A DNA stretch of 64,000 nt from Candidatus Kapaibacterium sp. (GCA_963665665.1 OY762428.1:1600001-1664000), one strand, 5' to 3'. Shown: positions 36,624-46,901, numbered from the stretch's first letter. Numbers and translations are program-made. The notes: generated by a model from the sequence alone, not told the origin.

Positions 36624-36650
36624 ATCCACGCGCTAAAGCACGTGGCTATT
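36624..36650. repeat. Short REP-like palindrome CCACG-CGCTAAAGCA-CGTGG-CTATT
   Basis: Imperfect hairpin resembling (from recall) IS200/IS605/RAYT-associated CCACGGGCTAAAGCCCGTGG repeats. Confidence 0.5.
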
Positions 36651-36676
36651 GAATTTTACGATGATAAGGCCGGAAG

Positions 36677-36790
36677 GTCATTCTGAGCGCCAGCGAAGAA
36701 TCCATTCTTAATGCATTATCTAACTAAAGAAGATGGATTCTTCGGTCGCTTCGCTCCTGAAGCCTGCCCCGACGTGTCGGGGAATGACAA
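36677..36790. repeat. REP-like GTCATTCTGAG..GAAGAATC / GATTCTTC..GAATGAC element with nested CCCCGACGTGTCGGGG palindrome (copy B)
   Basis: Inverted homologue at 49761-49870. Confidence 0.8.
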
Positions 36791-36969
36791 CATAATACCT
36801 CCTTCTCCGGCCCTTACTCCCCGTTCTTCCACCCCAATGAACCAAGCACCGGACTTAATTCCCCATCCTGTGGTATCAATGAATCGAATAATTTCCTTAA
36901 TTCAATGCTGTTTTTAATCAAAACCCTGATGTTGGGGCTAATCGCTTTGTTGTCGGAGCTTTAAACTGT

Positions 36970-37440
36970 CTTGTTCCGCTACATTGTACGCTTGTTTGGC
37001 CTTATTGTAGTGAAATTTGGCTTCATTGCTTGCTTGGTCCGCCCTACTGATGTCTTGTTCCGCTTCATTGCTTGCTTGTTCCGCTTCATTGCTTGCTTGT
37101 TCCGCTTCATTGCTCACTTGTTCTACTTCATTGCTCACTTGTTCCGCTTCATTACTCACTTGTTCCGCTTCATTGTACGCTTGTCCGGCCTTATTGATGC
37201 CTTGTTCCGCCTCAATGTATGCTTGTTCCACTTCATTGCTCACTTGTTCCACTTCATTGCTTGCTTGTTCTACTTCATTGCTCGCTTGTTCCGCTTCATT
37301 GTACGCTTGTCCTGCTTCATTGCTCACTTGTTCTACTTCATTGCTCACTTGTTCCGCTTCATTGCTTGCTTGTTCCGCTTCATTGCTGTCTTGTTCTGCC
37401 TTATTGCTCACTTGTTCCGCCTCAATGTATGCTTGTTTGG
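36970..37440. repeat. Tandem array of 22 full 21-bp units (consensus CTTGTTCCGCTTCATTGCTYR) plus a partial unit
   Basis: Units counted manually; strict 21-nt phase with no indels. Confidence 0.95.
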
Positions 37441-37479
37441 CATTGAAATTCCAAAGGTAGAAATGAGAATAGTCTATAG

Positions 37480-37980
37480 ATAGAACTTATAATTAAATTT
37501 TCAATCAAAAATATTAAATATTATACTAATTCTAACAAATATATAGTATTTATAATATATTATATATAATATTCAAGCCTTGATATAGTTTATCTAACAA
37601 AACTTTTAATATGATTAACTAAATATTTTATACTTATAATTAAATTATCAGTATAATTTATTAATTTTTTTTTATGAATTATTAAATATCAATTCTAAAC
37701 TATTAATTAATCAGTATAGCTAATTTATTAGGACAATTAAATATATACTTGGATACATAATTAATTTTATAATAAGAGAATAATAAATAATAAAATGTAG
37801 TGATTAATGTCTTGTATGAATTATTTATTTGATTAGTTATATTATTAATATTGTAATTCTATATGATTATTTAATAATTCTATAAAAATATTTACTACAA
37901 ATACTTAAATATTTACTAATTCTTATGATATATTTTATAATTCAGGTATTGTAAATAATTCAATAAGTTAAATAATTTGG
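37480..37980. other. ~500 bp extremely AT-rich (~88-90%) non-coding tract
   Basis: For example 6 G+C in the 60 nt at 37501-37560; no credible ORF. Confidence 0.9.
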
Positions 37981-38078
37981 ATTCCAATGCTACACAAGCA
38001 ATCATTACTCCAAAACAAGGTTGCAATTCCTCTGACCCCTCCCAAACCCTCCCCGAAGGAGAGGGCTTTGAAGAAGAA

Positions 38079-38580
38079 TAAGGCATCAATGCCCTCGAAC
38101 AACGGTATTTTACCTCCAACCAAGGTTGCAATGACTTAGAACATCGGTGCTTTACTTCGGCACAAGGTTGCAATGACTTAGTACATCGGTGTTTTACTTC
38201 GGCACAAGGCAGCAATGACTTAGAACATCGGTGCTTTACTTCGGCACAAGGCAGCAATGACTTAGTACATCGGTGTTTTACTTCGGCACAAGGCAGCAAT
38301 GGCTTAGAACATCGGTGTTTTACTTCGGCACAAGGTTGCAATGGCTTAGTACATCGGTACATTGCTTTCGACACTTCCTACCTCCCCCCGCCCCCCTCCT
38401 TCAAAAGGAGGGGGAGTTAATTCTATGATATTTAACTTCTTATCCCCTCCTAAAGTAGGAGGGGAATACAGGGGTGGTTTTCTTGTTTTACTTCGGCACA
38501 AGGCGGTAATGGCATAGAACATCGGTGCTTTACTTCGGCACAAGGCAGCAATGACTTAGTACATCGGTGCTTTGCCTCCG
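38079..38580. repeat. Tandem array of 42-bp (2x21) units CAAGGYWGCAATGRCTTAGWACATCGGTGYTTTACTTCGGCA, interrupted by a hairpin element
   Basis: Units at 38079 (degenerate), 38121, 38163, 38205, 38247, 38289, 38331 (partial); resumes at 38484-38580. Confidence 0.93.
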
Positions 38581-38693
38581 CCCCTTCATACCTACCCACG
38601 GCTCCTCATTCATAAGGAGGGGAAGTTAATTCTTTGATATTTAATTTCTTATAACCTCCTTGGGTCGGAGGGGGGGCGAAGGACGGGGGTGGT

Positions 38694-38797
38694 TTTCTTA
38701 ATACATTATCTGCTAAAGAAGATGGATTCCTGGCTGCTCTCAGTTGAAGATCCCGGCCTGTCGGGAAATAAGTACTTTTCTAACTTCCAAGACAGCC
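38694..38797. repeat. Chimeric partial copy of the MITE/REP element (copy C)
   Basis: 5' part matches the loop of copy B (CATTATCT..TAAAGAAGATGGATTC); 3' part is the reverse complement of the left arm of copy A, ending GACAGCC. Confidence 0.75.
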
Positions 38798-38888
38798 ACA
38801 TAGCATATTCACATAAATTTATAATAATTAAGATTCAGATATTTCAGAATGATTCTTAAATCAATACCCCTATACAAGTTTATTTATT

Positions 38889-38920
38889 AAAAAAGGGAGC
38901 TATATTAGCTCCCTTTTTTT
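38889..38920 (-). terminator. Intrinsic terminator (bidirectional form)
   Basis: A6-GGGAGCTA / TAGCTCCC-T7. Confidence 0.85.
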
Positions 38921-38939
38921 CAAACATTGTATATAATTC

Positions 38940-39512
38940 TTAGTTCAGGAACCATTCGATACCAATGAAACCGCCTGCAATACCTGCAATTACTTTTGAA
39001 GGATCGAACTGGAAATCAAGAACCCTTACACCGCCGTAAACACCAACGCTGGAATAGGGGAACCATTCGCCGCCAATGCTGGCAGCAAGGCCGGTTGTTG
39101 ATTCCATGTGTGATGTAGTTAAATTCTGATCAATAGGATCGTACTCTGAAACCGTTTGTGAAGAAACTTCGAACTGGAACATTGCAAATGGCCTGAGATT
39201 ACGAATCGGCTCCATGAAAAACCATTTTGCTGTAGGTGCAAAATAAATCTCTGTTTTGCTGTCTTCATTGTCTGCGCCTGTATCAAACTTCAGGCCTACA
39301 TAAGCGCCAAGGTGAAGGTTTTCCTGGATGGCATAGGTGAACTGTCCGCCAAGATTACCCACAGAACCAAGAGCAACACCAATGCCCATTACGTCTTTAG
39401 GCACTTTTGATGTTTTTTTCTGGGCATCTGCTGCCGCAAATGAACCGATAAAAATTGCTGCTATCAATAAAACCTTTAGTATTTTAAGCTCTTTCATAAA
39501 CCCTCCGAACAA
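38940..39512 (-). CDS. Small 8-stranded outer-membrane beta-barrel protein
   Basis: Signal peptide (likely start MKELK, GGAGG RBS); amphipathic strands; C-terminal GIEWFLN. Confidence 0.75.
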   Translation of the reverse strand: MFGGFMKELKILKVLLIAAIFIGSFAAADAQKKTSKVPKDVMGIGVALGSVGNLGGQFTYAIQENLHLGAYVGLKFDTGADNEDSKTEIYFAPTAKWFFMEPIRNLRPFAMFQFEVSSQTVSEYDPIDQNLTTSHMESTTGLAASIGGEWFPYSSVGVYGGVRVLDFQFDPSKVIAGIAGGFIGIEWFLN

Positions 39513-39745
39513 ATTTGTAATTGAAATATAACATTAGAAAAAAAAAATTTTCAATCTGATAATGACAATATATAACAATTAGAAATTTATTCAAAAAACA
39601 ATATGAAAAATTGTTTCCCTTAATTAGTTGAGTTGAGAAGGATGTAATAATATATGTTCAAATTTCAAGGTTTTTGCAGGATTTGCATCAGCAATTGTTA
39701 TATTTACAAATATTGAGACTGAATATTTTTATAATATAAGAGATA

Positions 39746-41491
39746 ATGAAGAGATTAAGAATAACATCAATAACTGACCGGCTTGTTCTGTATTATGTGA
39801 TTCTTGGAATTAGCTCACTGGCAATCATCGGCTATTTATCGTTCTATATTTCAAAAAATGCCCTGCTTGAAAGAACTTTCGACCAGTTAACATCAGTCAG
39901 GGTGGTAAAAAAGGATCAGATAGAAAGCTGGTTTGCAGAAAGAATGAATGAGATGAAATTCCTTAAAACCGTAATGGATAGCAAAACAGGATGTGATGCA
40001 ATTATTTCGGGATCTACCGGCGTGGTGGATAAATTCCTTGCCACAAACAAACATTACCAGAATGCATATATACTGGATGCCGATAATAAATTAAAATCAA
40101 TAACTTCCGAAGGAAAGGTACTTGATTCAATTTATTCCCTTCAAATAATTGAAAAAATCAGGGAAAAATCCGGGAATATATCAGAATTTACTTTTATTGA
40201 TTTGAAAATCGACAGACCAACCATTTTCCTGTTTTCAGCAATAAGCGGAAAACCCGGCAGATATTTAATTTTCGAAATGAATTTTAAAGATATTAACAGG
40301 ATAATGCTGGACAATAATCCTGAAAACGGACTTGGTAATTCCGGTGAGTCTTATCTTGTCGGGGACGACCTGCTGATGAGAAGCGATTCAAGGTTTGTAG
40401 AAAATGCGCTTTACAGAATTGAAGTAGATACAAAAGGAGTACAAAGAGTTAAAGAAGGATTGTCAGGAACTGATATTTTTCCGGATTACAGGGGGATAGT
40501 GGTTCTAAGTTCATATTCTTCTTTGAATGTTAGCGGGCTGAACTGGATATTACTTGCAGAAATTGATAACAACGAAGTTGAACTTCCGATAATCAAAATC
40601 AGAAACACTATTATATTTTTTACCATCATTGTATCGATTTTTGTATTTATTTTTGTTTATATCCTTTCAAAGAGAATATCAAACCCGATAATAAACCTGA
40701 CACGAGCAGTAAAATCATTTGGAGAAACCGGCGATACTGAAAAGCTGGAAATCGATTCGAATGATGAAATCAGGCTGCTGACTGATTCTTTCGGAGAAAT
40801 GACATCACAACTGAAACAAAAAGAAAAGGAGTTGGAACAGGAAAGAATGCTGACTGTAACATCAGTGATTGATGCACAGGAAGAGGAAAGGGAAAGGCTG
40901 GCAAGAGAGCTTCACGACAGCCTTGGCCAGCGTTTTATTGCACTGAAACTAATGCTTGAGAATATCGAGCCCGGGAATCCGGAAAACAACATGGAACTTG
41001 TAAAAAAAGTTCAGGATGCAATTGATTCATCGGTGAATGAAATCAGGCAGATATCGAACAATCTGATGCCTGCTGCCCTGAAACAGTTTGGGCTTGTAAC
41101 TGCAATAAAAAATATTTGTACTGACCTGAATCAATTCAGTAATATCAAAGCTGTTTTCGAGCAGAATGGGAAATATAAAAATGAGAATAAAAAGATTACC
41201 ATATATGTTTACAGAATAGTTCAGGAAGCAATTAATAATATTGTTAAGCATTCCGGCGCTGATAAAGTAAATATTTACCTTGAAAATAAAGAAAATTCCC
41301 TTATACTTGTTATTGAAGACAATGGCCGTGGTTTTGATAACACAAGGCCAGGCAGAACAAGTGGCAACGGCCTGTATAATATCAAAGAAAGAGCAAGGCT
41401 TATAAATGCTGCCCTGGATATTGATTCGAATATTGACAAAGGAACGAAAATAACACTCAGGCTTTCATCAGGAGTCATAGAAAATGGATAA
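39746..41491 (+). CDS. NarX-like sensor histidine kinase (TM-Cache-TM-HAMP-HisKA_3-HATPase)
   Basis: ERERLARELHDSLGQ, YRIVQEAINNIVKHS, DNGRGF, GNGLYNIKER. Confidence 0.93.
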   Translation: MKRLRITSITDRLVLYYVILGISSLAIIGYLSFYISKNALLERTFDQLTSVRVVKKDQIESWFAERMNEMKFLKTVMDSKTGCDAIISGSTGVVDKFLATNKHYQNAYILDADNKLKSITSEGKVLDSIYSLQIIEKIREKSGNISEFTFIDLKIDRPTIFLFSAISGKPGRYLIFEMNFKDINRIMLDNNPENGLGNSGESYLVGDDLLMRSDSRFVENALYRIEVDTKGVQRVKEGLSGTDIFPDYRGIVVLSSYSSLNVSGLNWILLAEIDNNEVELPIIKIRNTIIFFTIIVSIFVFIFVYILSKRISNPIINLTRAVKSFGETGDTEKLEIDSNDEIRLLTDSFGEMTSQLKQKEKELEQERMLTVTSVIDAQEEERERLARELHDSLGQRFIALKLMLENIEPGNPENNMELVKKVQDAIDSSVNEIRQISNNLMPAALKQFGLVTAIKNICTDLNQFSNIKAVFEQNGKYKNENKKITIYVYRIVQEAINNIVKHSGADKVNIYLENKENSLILVIEDNGRGFDNTRPGRTSGNGLYNIKERARLINAALDIDSNIDKGTKITLRLSSGVIENG

Positions 41492-42140
41492 AATAAAAGT
41501 AATTCTGGTTGATGATCATAACCTGGTAAGAGATGGTATCAAATCATTGATAACAGGTGAAGAAGATATTGAAATAATCGGAGAGGCTGGTTCCTTCGAT
41601 GAATTAGAGCTGATTATGAAAAGAGGCCTTCCGGATATACTGATACTGGATATCGCCCTGGGCGATACATCGGGCATCGAAATAGCTGAAATGTATAAGG
41701 ATAAATATCCCGGAATTAGTATTATGATGCTTTCGATGTATATGTCCGATGATTTTATTTTCAATTCCCTGCGGGCCGGGGCAAAAGGCTATCTTCCGAA
41801 AAATACTTCAAAAAAGGAATTGCTGGCAGCCATCAGGACAATTTTCAGTGGCAGTGTGTTTTTCAGCAATGAAGTTTCTGATATTATCCTTAAAAGTTAT
41901 GTAAACAACGCTAACCCCGACAGCCCCCGGGAAGGCAGCGAGGAAATGCTTACAAAAAGAGAAAAAGAAGTGCTGACTTTCTTTGCAGAAGGAAAAACCA
42001 ACCAGGAAATCGCCGACCAGTTGTATATCAGTATAAGAACAGTTGAGTCGCATAAGAATCATATAATGCAAAAGCTAAATCTGCGCACTCCCGTGGATTT
42101 GGTAAAATTTGCAATAAAGAATAAATTTATAGAGTTGTAA
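41484..42140 (+). CDS. NarL/LuxR family response regulator
   Basis: LVDDH, LILDI, GAKGYL, LTKREKEVL...TVESHKNHIMQKL; overlaps the kinase stop. Confidence 0.95.
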   Translation: MDKIKVILVDDHNLVRDGIKSLITGEEDIEIIGEAGSFDELELIMKRGLPDILILDIALGDTSGIEIAEMYKDKYPGISIMMLSMYMSDDFIFNSLRAGAKGYLPKNTSKKELLAAIRTIFSGSVFFSNEVSDIILKSYVNNANPDSPREGSEEMLTKREKEVLTFFAEGKTNQEIADQLYISIRTVESHKNHIMQKLNLRTPVDLVKFAIKNKFIEL

Positions 42141-42379
42141 TATTAGAAATGTTAGCAATACCGGGATTAAGCCGGATATAATTGTAAAAAGATCCCGATG
42201 ATAAATACCGTCAGGCTTTTCCCCGGACAGTCAGAAAAATCAACTGCATTGAATATTATTTTTAAAATTGTAGTATCTGCAATTGTTTCAACGAAATTTT
42301 TTTTGATAAAAACCGTTATTTATTTATATTAACGAAGGTATCTTCCGGGTCTCTTTTGTAATTTAATTTTGGGTTTGAC

Positions 42380-43000
42380 ATGAAGTATAATATCAGCAAA
42401 TTGACACAACTATTAACTTTTCTTTTCATTTCCATATTGATATTTCCATTTTTTTCCTGCACAAAAAAACAGGATACAATAAGTGATATCGTATGGATAA
42501 GATATAAGAAAAACGAACCAAAACATCTTGTTGCTTTTACTAAAGACGGTAAATTTCTTGACTATAGTGAATTGGAACGTAACTCCACTTACGAATACAG
42601 GCAAAACAGAATAACGATAAATTACGATTACGGTCAAAAAGAAGTTTTTTATATTGATAAATTGAATGATAATGAATTACTTCTTTCCGAAGTCATGGAG
42701 GTGGGAGAAGGTAAAACTTTAGACCTGAAAAGACCCGAAACTCATGAATATTTCCTTGGTAAATGGATAACACCCGAAGACAGCAAAGAATATCTTGAAC
42801 TTGAATTTGATCCTGATATGGGCGGTAAGGAAGAAGTCCTTGTTGACGGCTACAAAGCAAAAAGAGATTTCAACTACCAGGTTGATGATAAAAACCTTAC
42901 TATTGATGATGTTAAATGGGAATATAAATTTGACGGGCCGTATTTGAATCTTGATATAAAATCTAAAGACGGAAAAAAATACCATTTAATCAGAAAATAA
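42380..43000 (+). CDS. Lipoprotein with two tandem lipocalin-like beta domains
   Basis: Lipobox FFSC; duplicated W...F..DG...Y pattern (IVW / FLGKW). Confidence 0.6.
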   Translation: MKYNISKLTQLLTFLFISILIFPFFSCTKKQDTISDIVWIRYKKNEPKHLVAFTKDGKFLDYSELERNSTYEYRQNRITINYDYGQKEVFYIDKLNDNELLLSEVMEVGEGKTLDLKRPETHEYFLGKWITPEDSKEYLELEFDPDMGGKEEVLVDGYKAKRDFNYQVDDKNLTIDDVKWEYKFDGPYLNLDIKSKDGKKYHLIRK

Positions 43001-43024
43001 ACTGAGTTAAAATATTTCGTTTTG

Positions 43025-43053
43025 AAATCCCGGAGCACTCCGGGATTTTCTTT
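43025..43053 (+). terminator. Intrinsic terminator
   Basis: AAATCCCGGAG / CTCCGGGATTT-TCTTT. Confidence 0.75.
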
Positions 43054-43236
43054 ATATATGATTGCCATATATGTAATTTGTTTGATATTAATTATTTAAG
43101 TTTTATGCATATTTGTTCCCGAAACAATATTTTCTTATATTATATTACTACACAGGCATTTGGCTTAATATACCTTGTAAATTCCATGAATTTTCTATAA
43201 ATTGTTCTGTAATTTTGATAACAATATTTTGGCAGA

Positions 43237-43620
43237 ATGAAATTTCTTGTTGTAGATGATTCACCCATGCAGAGGTCCGTTACAAAGGCTATCCTGAGAG
43301 AAATTGGTATCAATGATGTTACCCTTGCACGGGACGGCCTGGAAGCGTTGAAACTACTTAATGACAATAGCTATGACATGGTTATCACAGACTGGGTAAT
43401 GCCAAAGATGGATGGCCTTAACCTGGTGGAGAAAATAAGAAAAGACAACAAATTTTCTGATATGCCGATATTGATTGTTACAGTTAAAGACAATAAAAAT
43501 GACGTTTTAGAGGCATGGAAAGCCGGTGTGGACGGATATATTGCAAAACCTTTTTCCCCCGGAACATTGGCGGAAAAGGTTTTTGAGCTATTAAAAGCCA
43601 AGGTAATAAACAACCTATAA
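43237..43620 (+). CDS. Stand-alone CheY-like response regulator
   Basis: LVVDD, ITDWVMPKMDG, AKPF. Confidence 0.92.
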   Translation: MKFLVVDDSPMQRSVTKAILREIGINDVTLARDGLEALKLLNDNSYDMVITDWVMPKMDGLNLVEKIRKDNKFSDMPILIVTVKDNKNDVLEAWKAGVDGYIAKPFSPGTLAEKVFELLKAKVINNL

Positions 43621-43741
43621 CTTCGGGAAATCAGGCATTAACACAATTTATAATTTATTATAACAGTTACTCATAATAACTGCTATAGATTATTTGGAAA
43701 TAGAAATATTTTATCCTATTTATATTCCGGAGATTTATTCT

Positions 43742-44767
43742 ATGAATTTCAAACAACTGCCTTCCGTCTCAGGAAGTAAATCCCGAAAGAGGTTTACAAG
43801 TTTCTTCTTCTTATTTTTAATTCCACTTTTTGTGATGTCCTGCTCAAGTTCCAAAGATATGATAAACTGGAACGTGGAATTGGAAGAATCGAAACTGCCT
43901 ATCACAAACAGATGTGATCCCGATGAAAAACTAACTTCGGTGAAATCGCCCGAGAAACCTATCCTGATTCCCGAAACCGAGGACAGGGTTGCAAGGGTAA
44001 AAGTACTCAGCCTGCCATGCTCCGAAGGTGAAGATGCCGAGTATTATGAAATTCCCGTATCCAGGGTTAAAAGAATTACTTATGTGAGCGATCCCCTTCA
44101 GCCGCCGGTTGAAGTAGCTGTTAACGATCTTGAAATCGTAGAGGGATGCTGCCGAATGAGAACAGGACTCTGGTTCTTTGATAAATTCGAGATTCGTGGA
44201 ATGCTCGGTTATCGCGGGAGTGATGATGAAGTAGTCTATCCCGGACAGCCCGAACCTACCGTGTATGAGTCATCATTCTTCGGTTTCGACCGTGGCGGTT
44301 CCACAATGTTCACCGGATTTGAAGCAGCCGGATTGTGGAATGTAAAATTCTTAGATAAAAGCGGAAAGCTTCAGGCCGGGGTGCTAACCGGAATATGGCC
44401 CGTGGACGGATCAGCTTTCGTTCCGCTCGGCTTATACACAAGATATACATTCAACCAGATGCCCGGGCGATTCTCGGACAACTGCAACAGTTGGTACTTT
44501 TACGGAACATTGGGGCTTCCTTTCGATTTCAATACCGAAGCGCCAATATTCGGCGACAACATGGATTACCAAAGATATTTCTACGGTATCGGTATAGGGC
44601 ATGACTGGGCTATTACCTGCGGACTTGATTTTTCAGTCGATCTTGGCCTGAGAGGTATGAACCTTCCGCTGCCGCCATTTGAATGCTGCCCGAATACTCC
44701 CGACGAAAAGAAAAATCCCTTCAGGGATTCGCAGGCATTGCTTCTTCGCTTCGGATTAACCTGGTAA
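43742..44767 (+). CDS. Cys-rich lipoprotein with C-terminal OM beta-barrel
   Basis: Likely ATG at 43742 (GGAG upstream); lipobox VMSC; C-terminal LLLRFGLTW. Confidence 0.7.
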   Translation: MNFKQLPSVSGSKSRKRFTSFFFLFLIPLFVMSCSSSKDMINWNVELEESKLPITNRCDPDEKLTSVKSPEKPILIPETEDRVARVKVLSLPCSEGEDAEYYEIPVSRVKRITYVSDPLQPPVEVAVNDLEIVEGCCRMRTGLWFFDKFEIRGMLGYRGSDDEVVYPGQPEPTVYESSFFGFDRGGSTMFTGFEAAGLWNVKFLDKSGKLQAGVLTGIWPVDGSAFVPLGLYTRYTFNQMPGRFSDNCNSWYFYGTLGLPFDFNTEAPIFGDNMDYQRYFYGIGIGHDWAITCGLDFSVDLGLRGMNLPLPPFECCPNTPDEKKNPFRDSQALLLRFGLTW

Positions 44768-44795
44768 TAATGTAAAACAAAACAAGCAGATAAAA

Positions 44796-46901
44796 ATGAA
44801 AAATATAAATACAAACAAGAGATTGATAAATAAACCCTTAAGCGGCTTATTCATCTTCCTTGCAGCCGTTTTGTTAATTATATCAGGCTGTATGGAAACA
44901 TCAACTCCCGAGAACAGGGAAACACATGAGATTACTGTAAGAACATTTCTCCGGACTGACAACAACCCCGAACTTACGCCGATTGAAGGTGTTTTAGTAG
45001 ATGTTGAAGGTGCTGATGAAAATGCAATCGGATCAGGACAGGGAACAACAAACAACCTTGGATTGGCAAATTTTGACATTACTTCACCTCTTATCGGGGC
45101 AAATTATAATATCACAGCTAATTACAACGGGGAGACTCAGTATAAATCAAACCTGCTGATCTGCCGTGATACGCTCCTGGTTTTCGTTTTTGATAATTCT
45201 ACAGTAAATAATATCGACTGCTCGATGATAAACGGCAGTGACTCCCTGATATTCTATGACGATCTTGGTTCCAGGCTGATAAGCCAGAACTCACCTCCGG
45301 GCGTTAATCGATACGAAAGATGCCGTACTATCAGCAATTCGCTATCCAACCCGGAAACAATTACGGCACAAATACCTGCTGCTACATCTCCATTTGAACT
45401 TGTATCGGTTATTCTGGATGGTACAAATGTTCCGTTGAATACAAACGATATACAGATAGAACCCGGTTCCAGCATAACATTCTGTTTCTCAGTTTCAACC
45501 GAGGAAGCAGGACGTTTCAACGAAACTGTACAAATTCCGTTAACATGCGGTGGCAGCCAGGGCAATTTCTCATTATACCTTGACGCTGAAATCGTGGCTC
45601 CGCAATGCGATTGTGAAGAATTACCCGATTCCTATACTTTTGTAATGCCCGAAAGTGTGGAAGTAGGCGAATCAGCTGAACACATTGAAACGGTACTTAC
45701 AAACACTTTGCCATGTGCTGTAACGATTGGGTTCTCTAATATCGACAATGGCGATGAATGGGAAATTCTTTCACCCGATTTCCCGCTGAGGCTTGAAGAA
45801 GGTGAAAGTATCGAACTATCAGTCAGATTCACACCGACAACAGCCGAACAATCAACTGCCGTGGTTACTTACCTGATACAGCCTGAAGGCTCTAATCAGA
45901 GCTGTGAATTCGAAGTTTATCTTGAAGGCCAGGGTTGTTCGAATGCCTGTCCGCTATTCAGTACCAACGATTTATTCTATGAAACATTCGGTTCCGAGCG
46001 TACCGTTGATACTCTTTCAAACAGGAACGACAATCGTGTATTTGCCTCGGTCAGCGATTGGAACGAATCAGTCGCCACAAGAAACTACTACGTAATGAAT
46101 CCCGATACCGCATGCGGCGATGTGGTTATTAATATCATTGCCAGCGGTGCGGACAGCTATGCAGATGAGTATTATGAAGTATCTCCGAGAAGCCTGACGC
46201 TTGCTCCGGGACAAAAGGGAACATTTACAGTAGTGTTTACTGCTCCCGAAGTAGCTGAATTCAGAGATATCATCGCAGAAAGAGGCGCAACGGGTTCAAT
46301 TATGGACAGCCTTTTCAAAGTTAATATCAGGCTGACTACCAGGGGTTGCAGCCAGAGCCTTGAAGCAAATGCCGTTGTGACATCATTCCCGGATATCAGC
46401 CCCATTATAAACCTGAGGGCATATAACCAGAGCACACCCCAGAAACCTGACCCGGAAAATGAAGTTTATACATTCGGCGATGATGCCAGGACTATTAATA
46501 AGGGCACTGACGGTTCTCCGGGAGAATATCCACCCCTTAACGGCCAGATTTACATTGATGTTGACGATAATACAGCAACAGCAAATCCACCTCAGGAACC
46601 GATCCTTACATCAGTTAATAACAATGTGGAAATGAAATTATGGCGTCGGGCTTACGCGGAATCAGACTTTACTAACGTGCCGCAGCTCGTTACTCAATTC
46701 CTTACCGATCCAAATTATGAAACCGGTTATTCAACCAATCCGATAAGGAATATCCAGATAGGCGACGTTTATGCTATCAGGTCAGGCGGCTTCATATATG
46801 CATTGCTCTACATCCGCAGGGTTGACAACGGTACGGAAAATACCTCAAGCAAGCAGAGCGGCATTGAATTCAGGGCAGTTTATCCGATTTACGCCTTTTA
46901 A
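44796..46901 (+). CDS. Multi-Ig (ASH/choice-of-anchor D-like) lipoprotein
   Basis: Lipobox ISGC; three repeats of I.PG/L..GES...VxF.P-type Ig domains joined by Cys linkers. Confidence 0.75.
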   Translation: MKNINTNKRLINKPLSGLFIFLAAVLLIISGCMETSTPENRETHEITVRTFLRTDNNPELTPIEGVLVDVEGADENAIGSGQGTTNNLGLANFDITSPLIGANYNITANYNGETQYKSNLLICRDTLLVFVFDNSTVNNIDCSMINGSDSLIFYDDLGSRLISQNSPPGVNRYERCRTISNSLSNPETITAQIPAATSPFELVSVILDGTNVPLNTNDIQIEPGSSITFCFSVSTEEAGRFNETVQIPLTCGGSQGNFSLYLDAEIVAPQCDCEELPDSYTFVMPESVEVGESAEHIETVLTNTLPCAVTIGFSNIDNGDEWEILSPDFPLRLEEGESIELSVRFTPTTAEQSTAVVTYLIQPEGSNQSCEFEVYLEGQGCSNACPLFSTNDLFYETFGSERTVDTLSNRNDNRVFASVSDWNESVATRNYYVMNPDTACGDVVINIIASGADSYADEYYEVSPRSLTLAPGQKGTFTVVFTAPEVAEFRDIIAERGATGSIMDSLFKVNIRLTTRGCSQSLEANAVVTSFPDISPIINLRAYNQSTPQKPDPENEVYTFGDDARTINKGTDGSPGEYPPLNGQIYIDVDDNTATANPPQEPILTSVNNNVEMKLWRRAYAESDFTNVPQLVTQFLTDPNYETGYSTNPIRNIQIGDVYAIRSGGFIYALLYIRRVDNGTENTSSKQSGIEFRAVYPIYAF

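Noticed and set aside
36938-37483. Four overlapping ORFs (157, 170, 147, 75 aa) as genes
   Set aside because: They arise because the 21-bp unit lacks stops in several frames; no RBS or unique sequence
37480-37980. Definite chromosomal oriC
   Set aside because: No canonical DnaA boxes seen, no dnaA/gidA/parAB neighbours, and plus-strand genes look C-rich on both sides by eye; kept only as a hypothesis
37916-38543. 152-aa and 65-aa Cys/His-rich ORFs
   Set aside because: Translations of the 42-bp array and hairpin repeats
36970-38580. CRISPR array
   Set aside because: Units are contiguous tandem repeats with no unique spacers, and no cas genes are in the window
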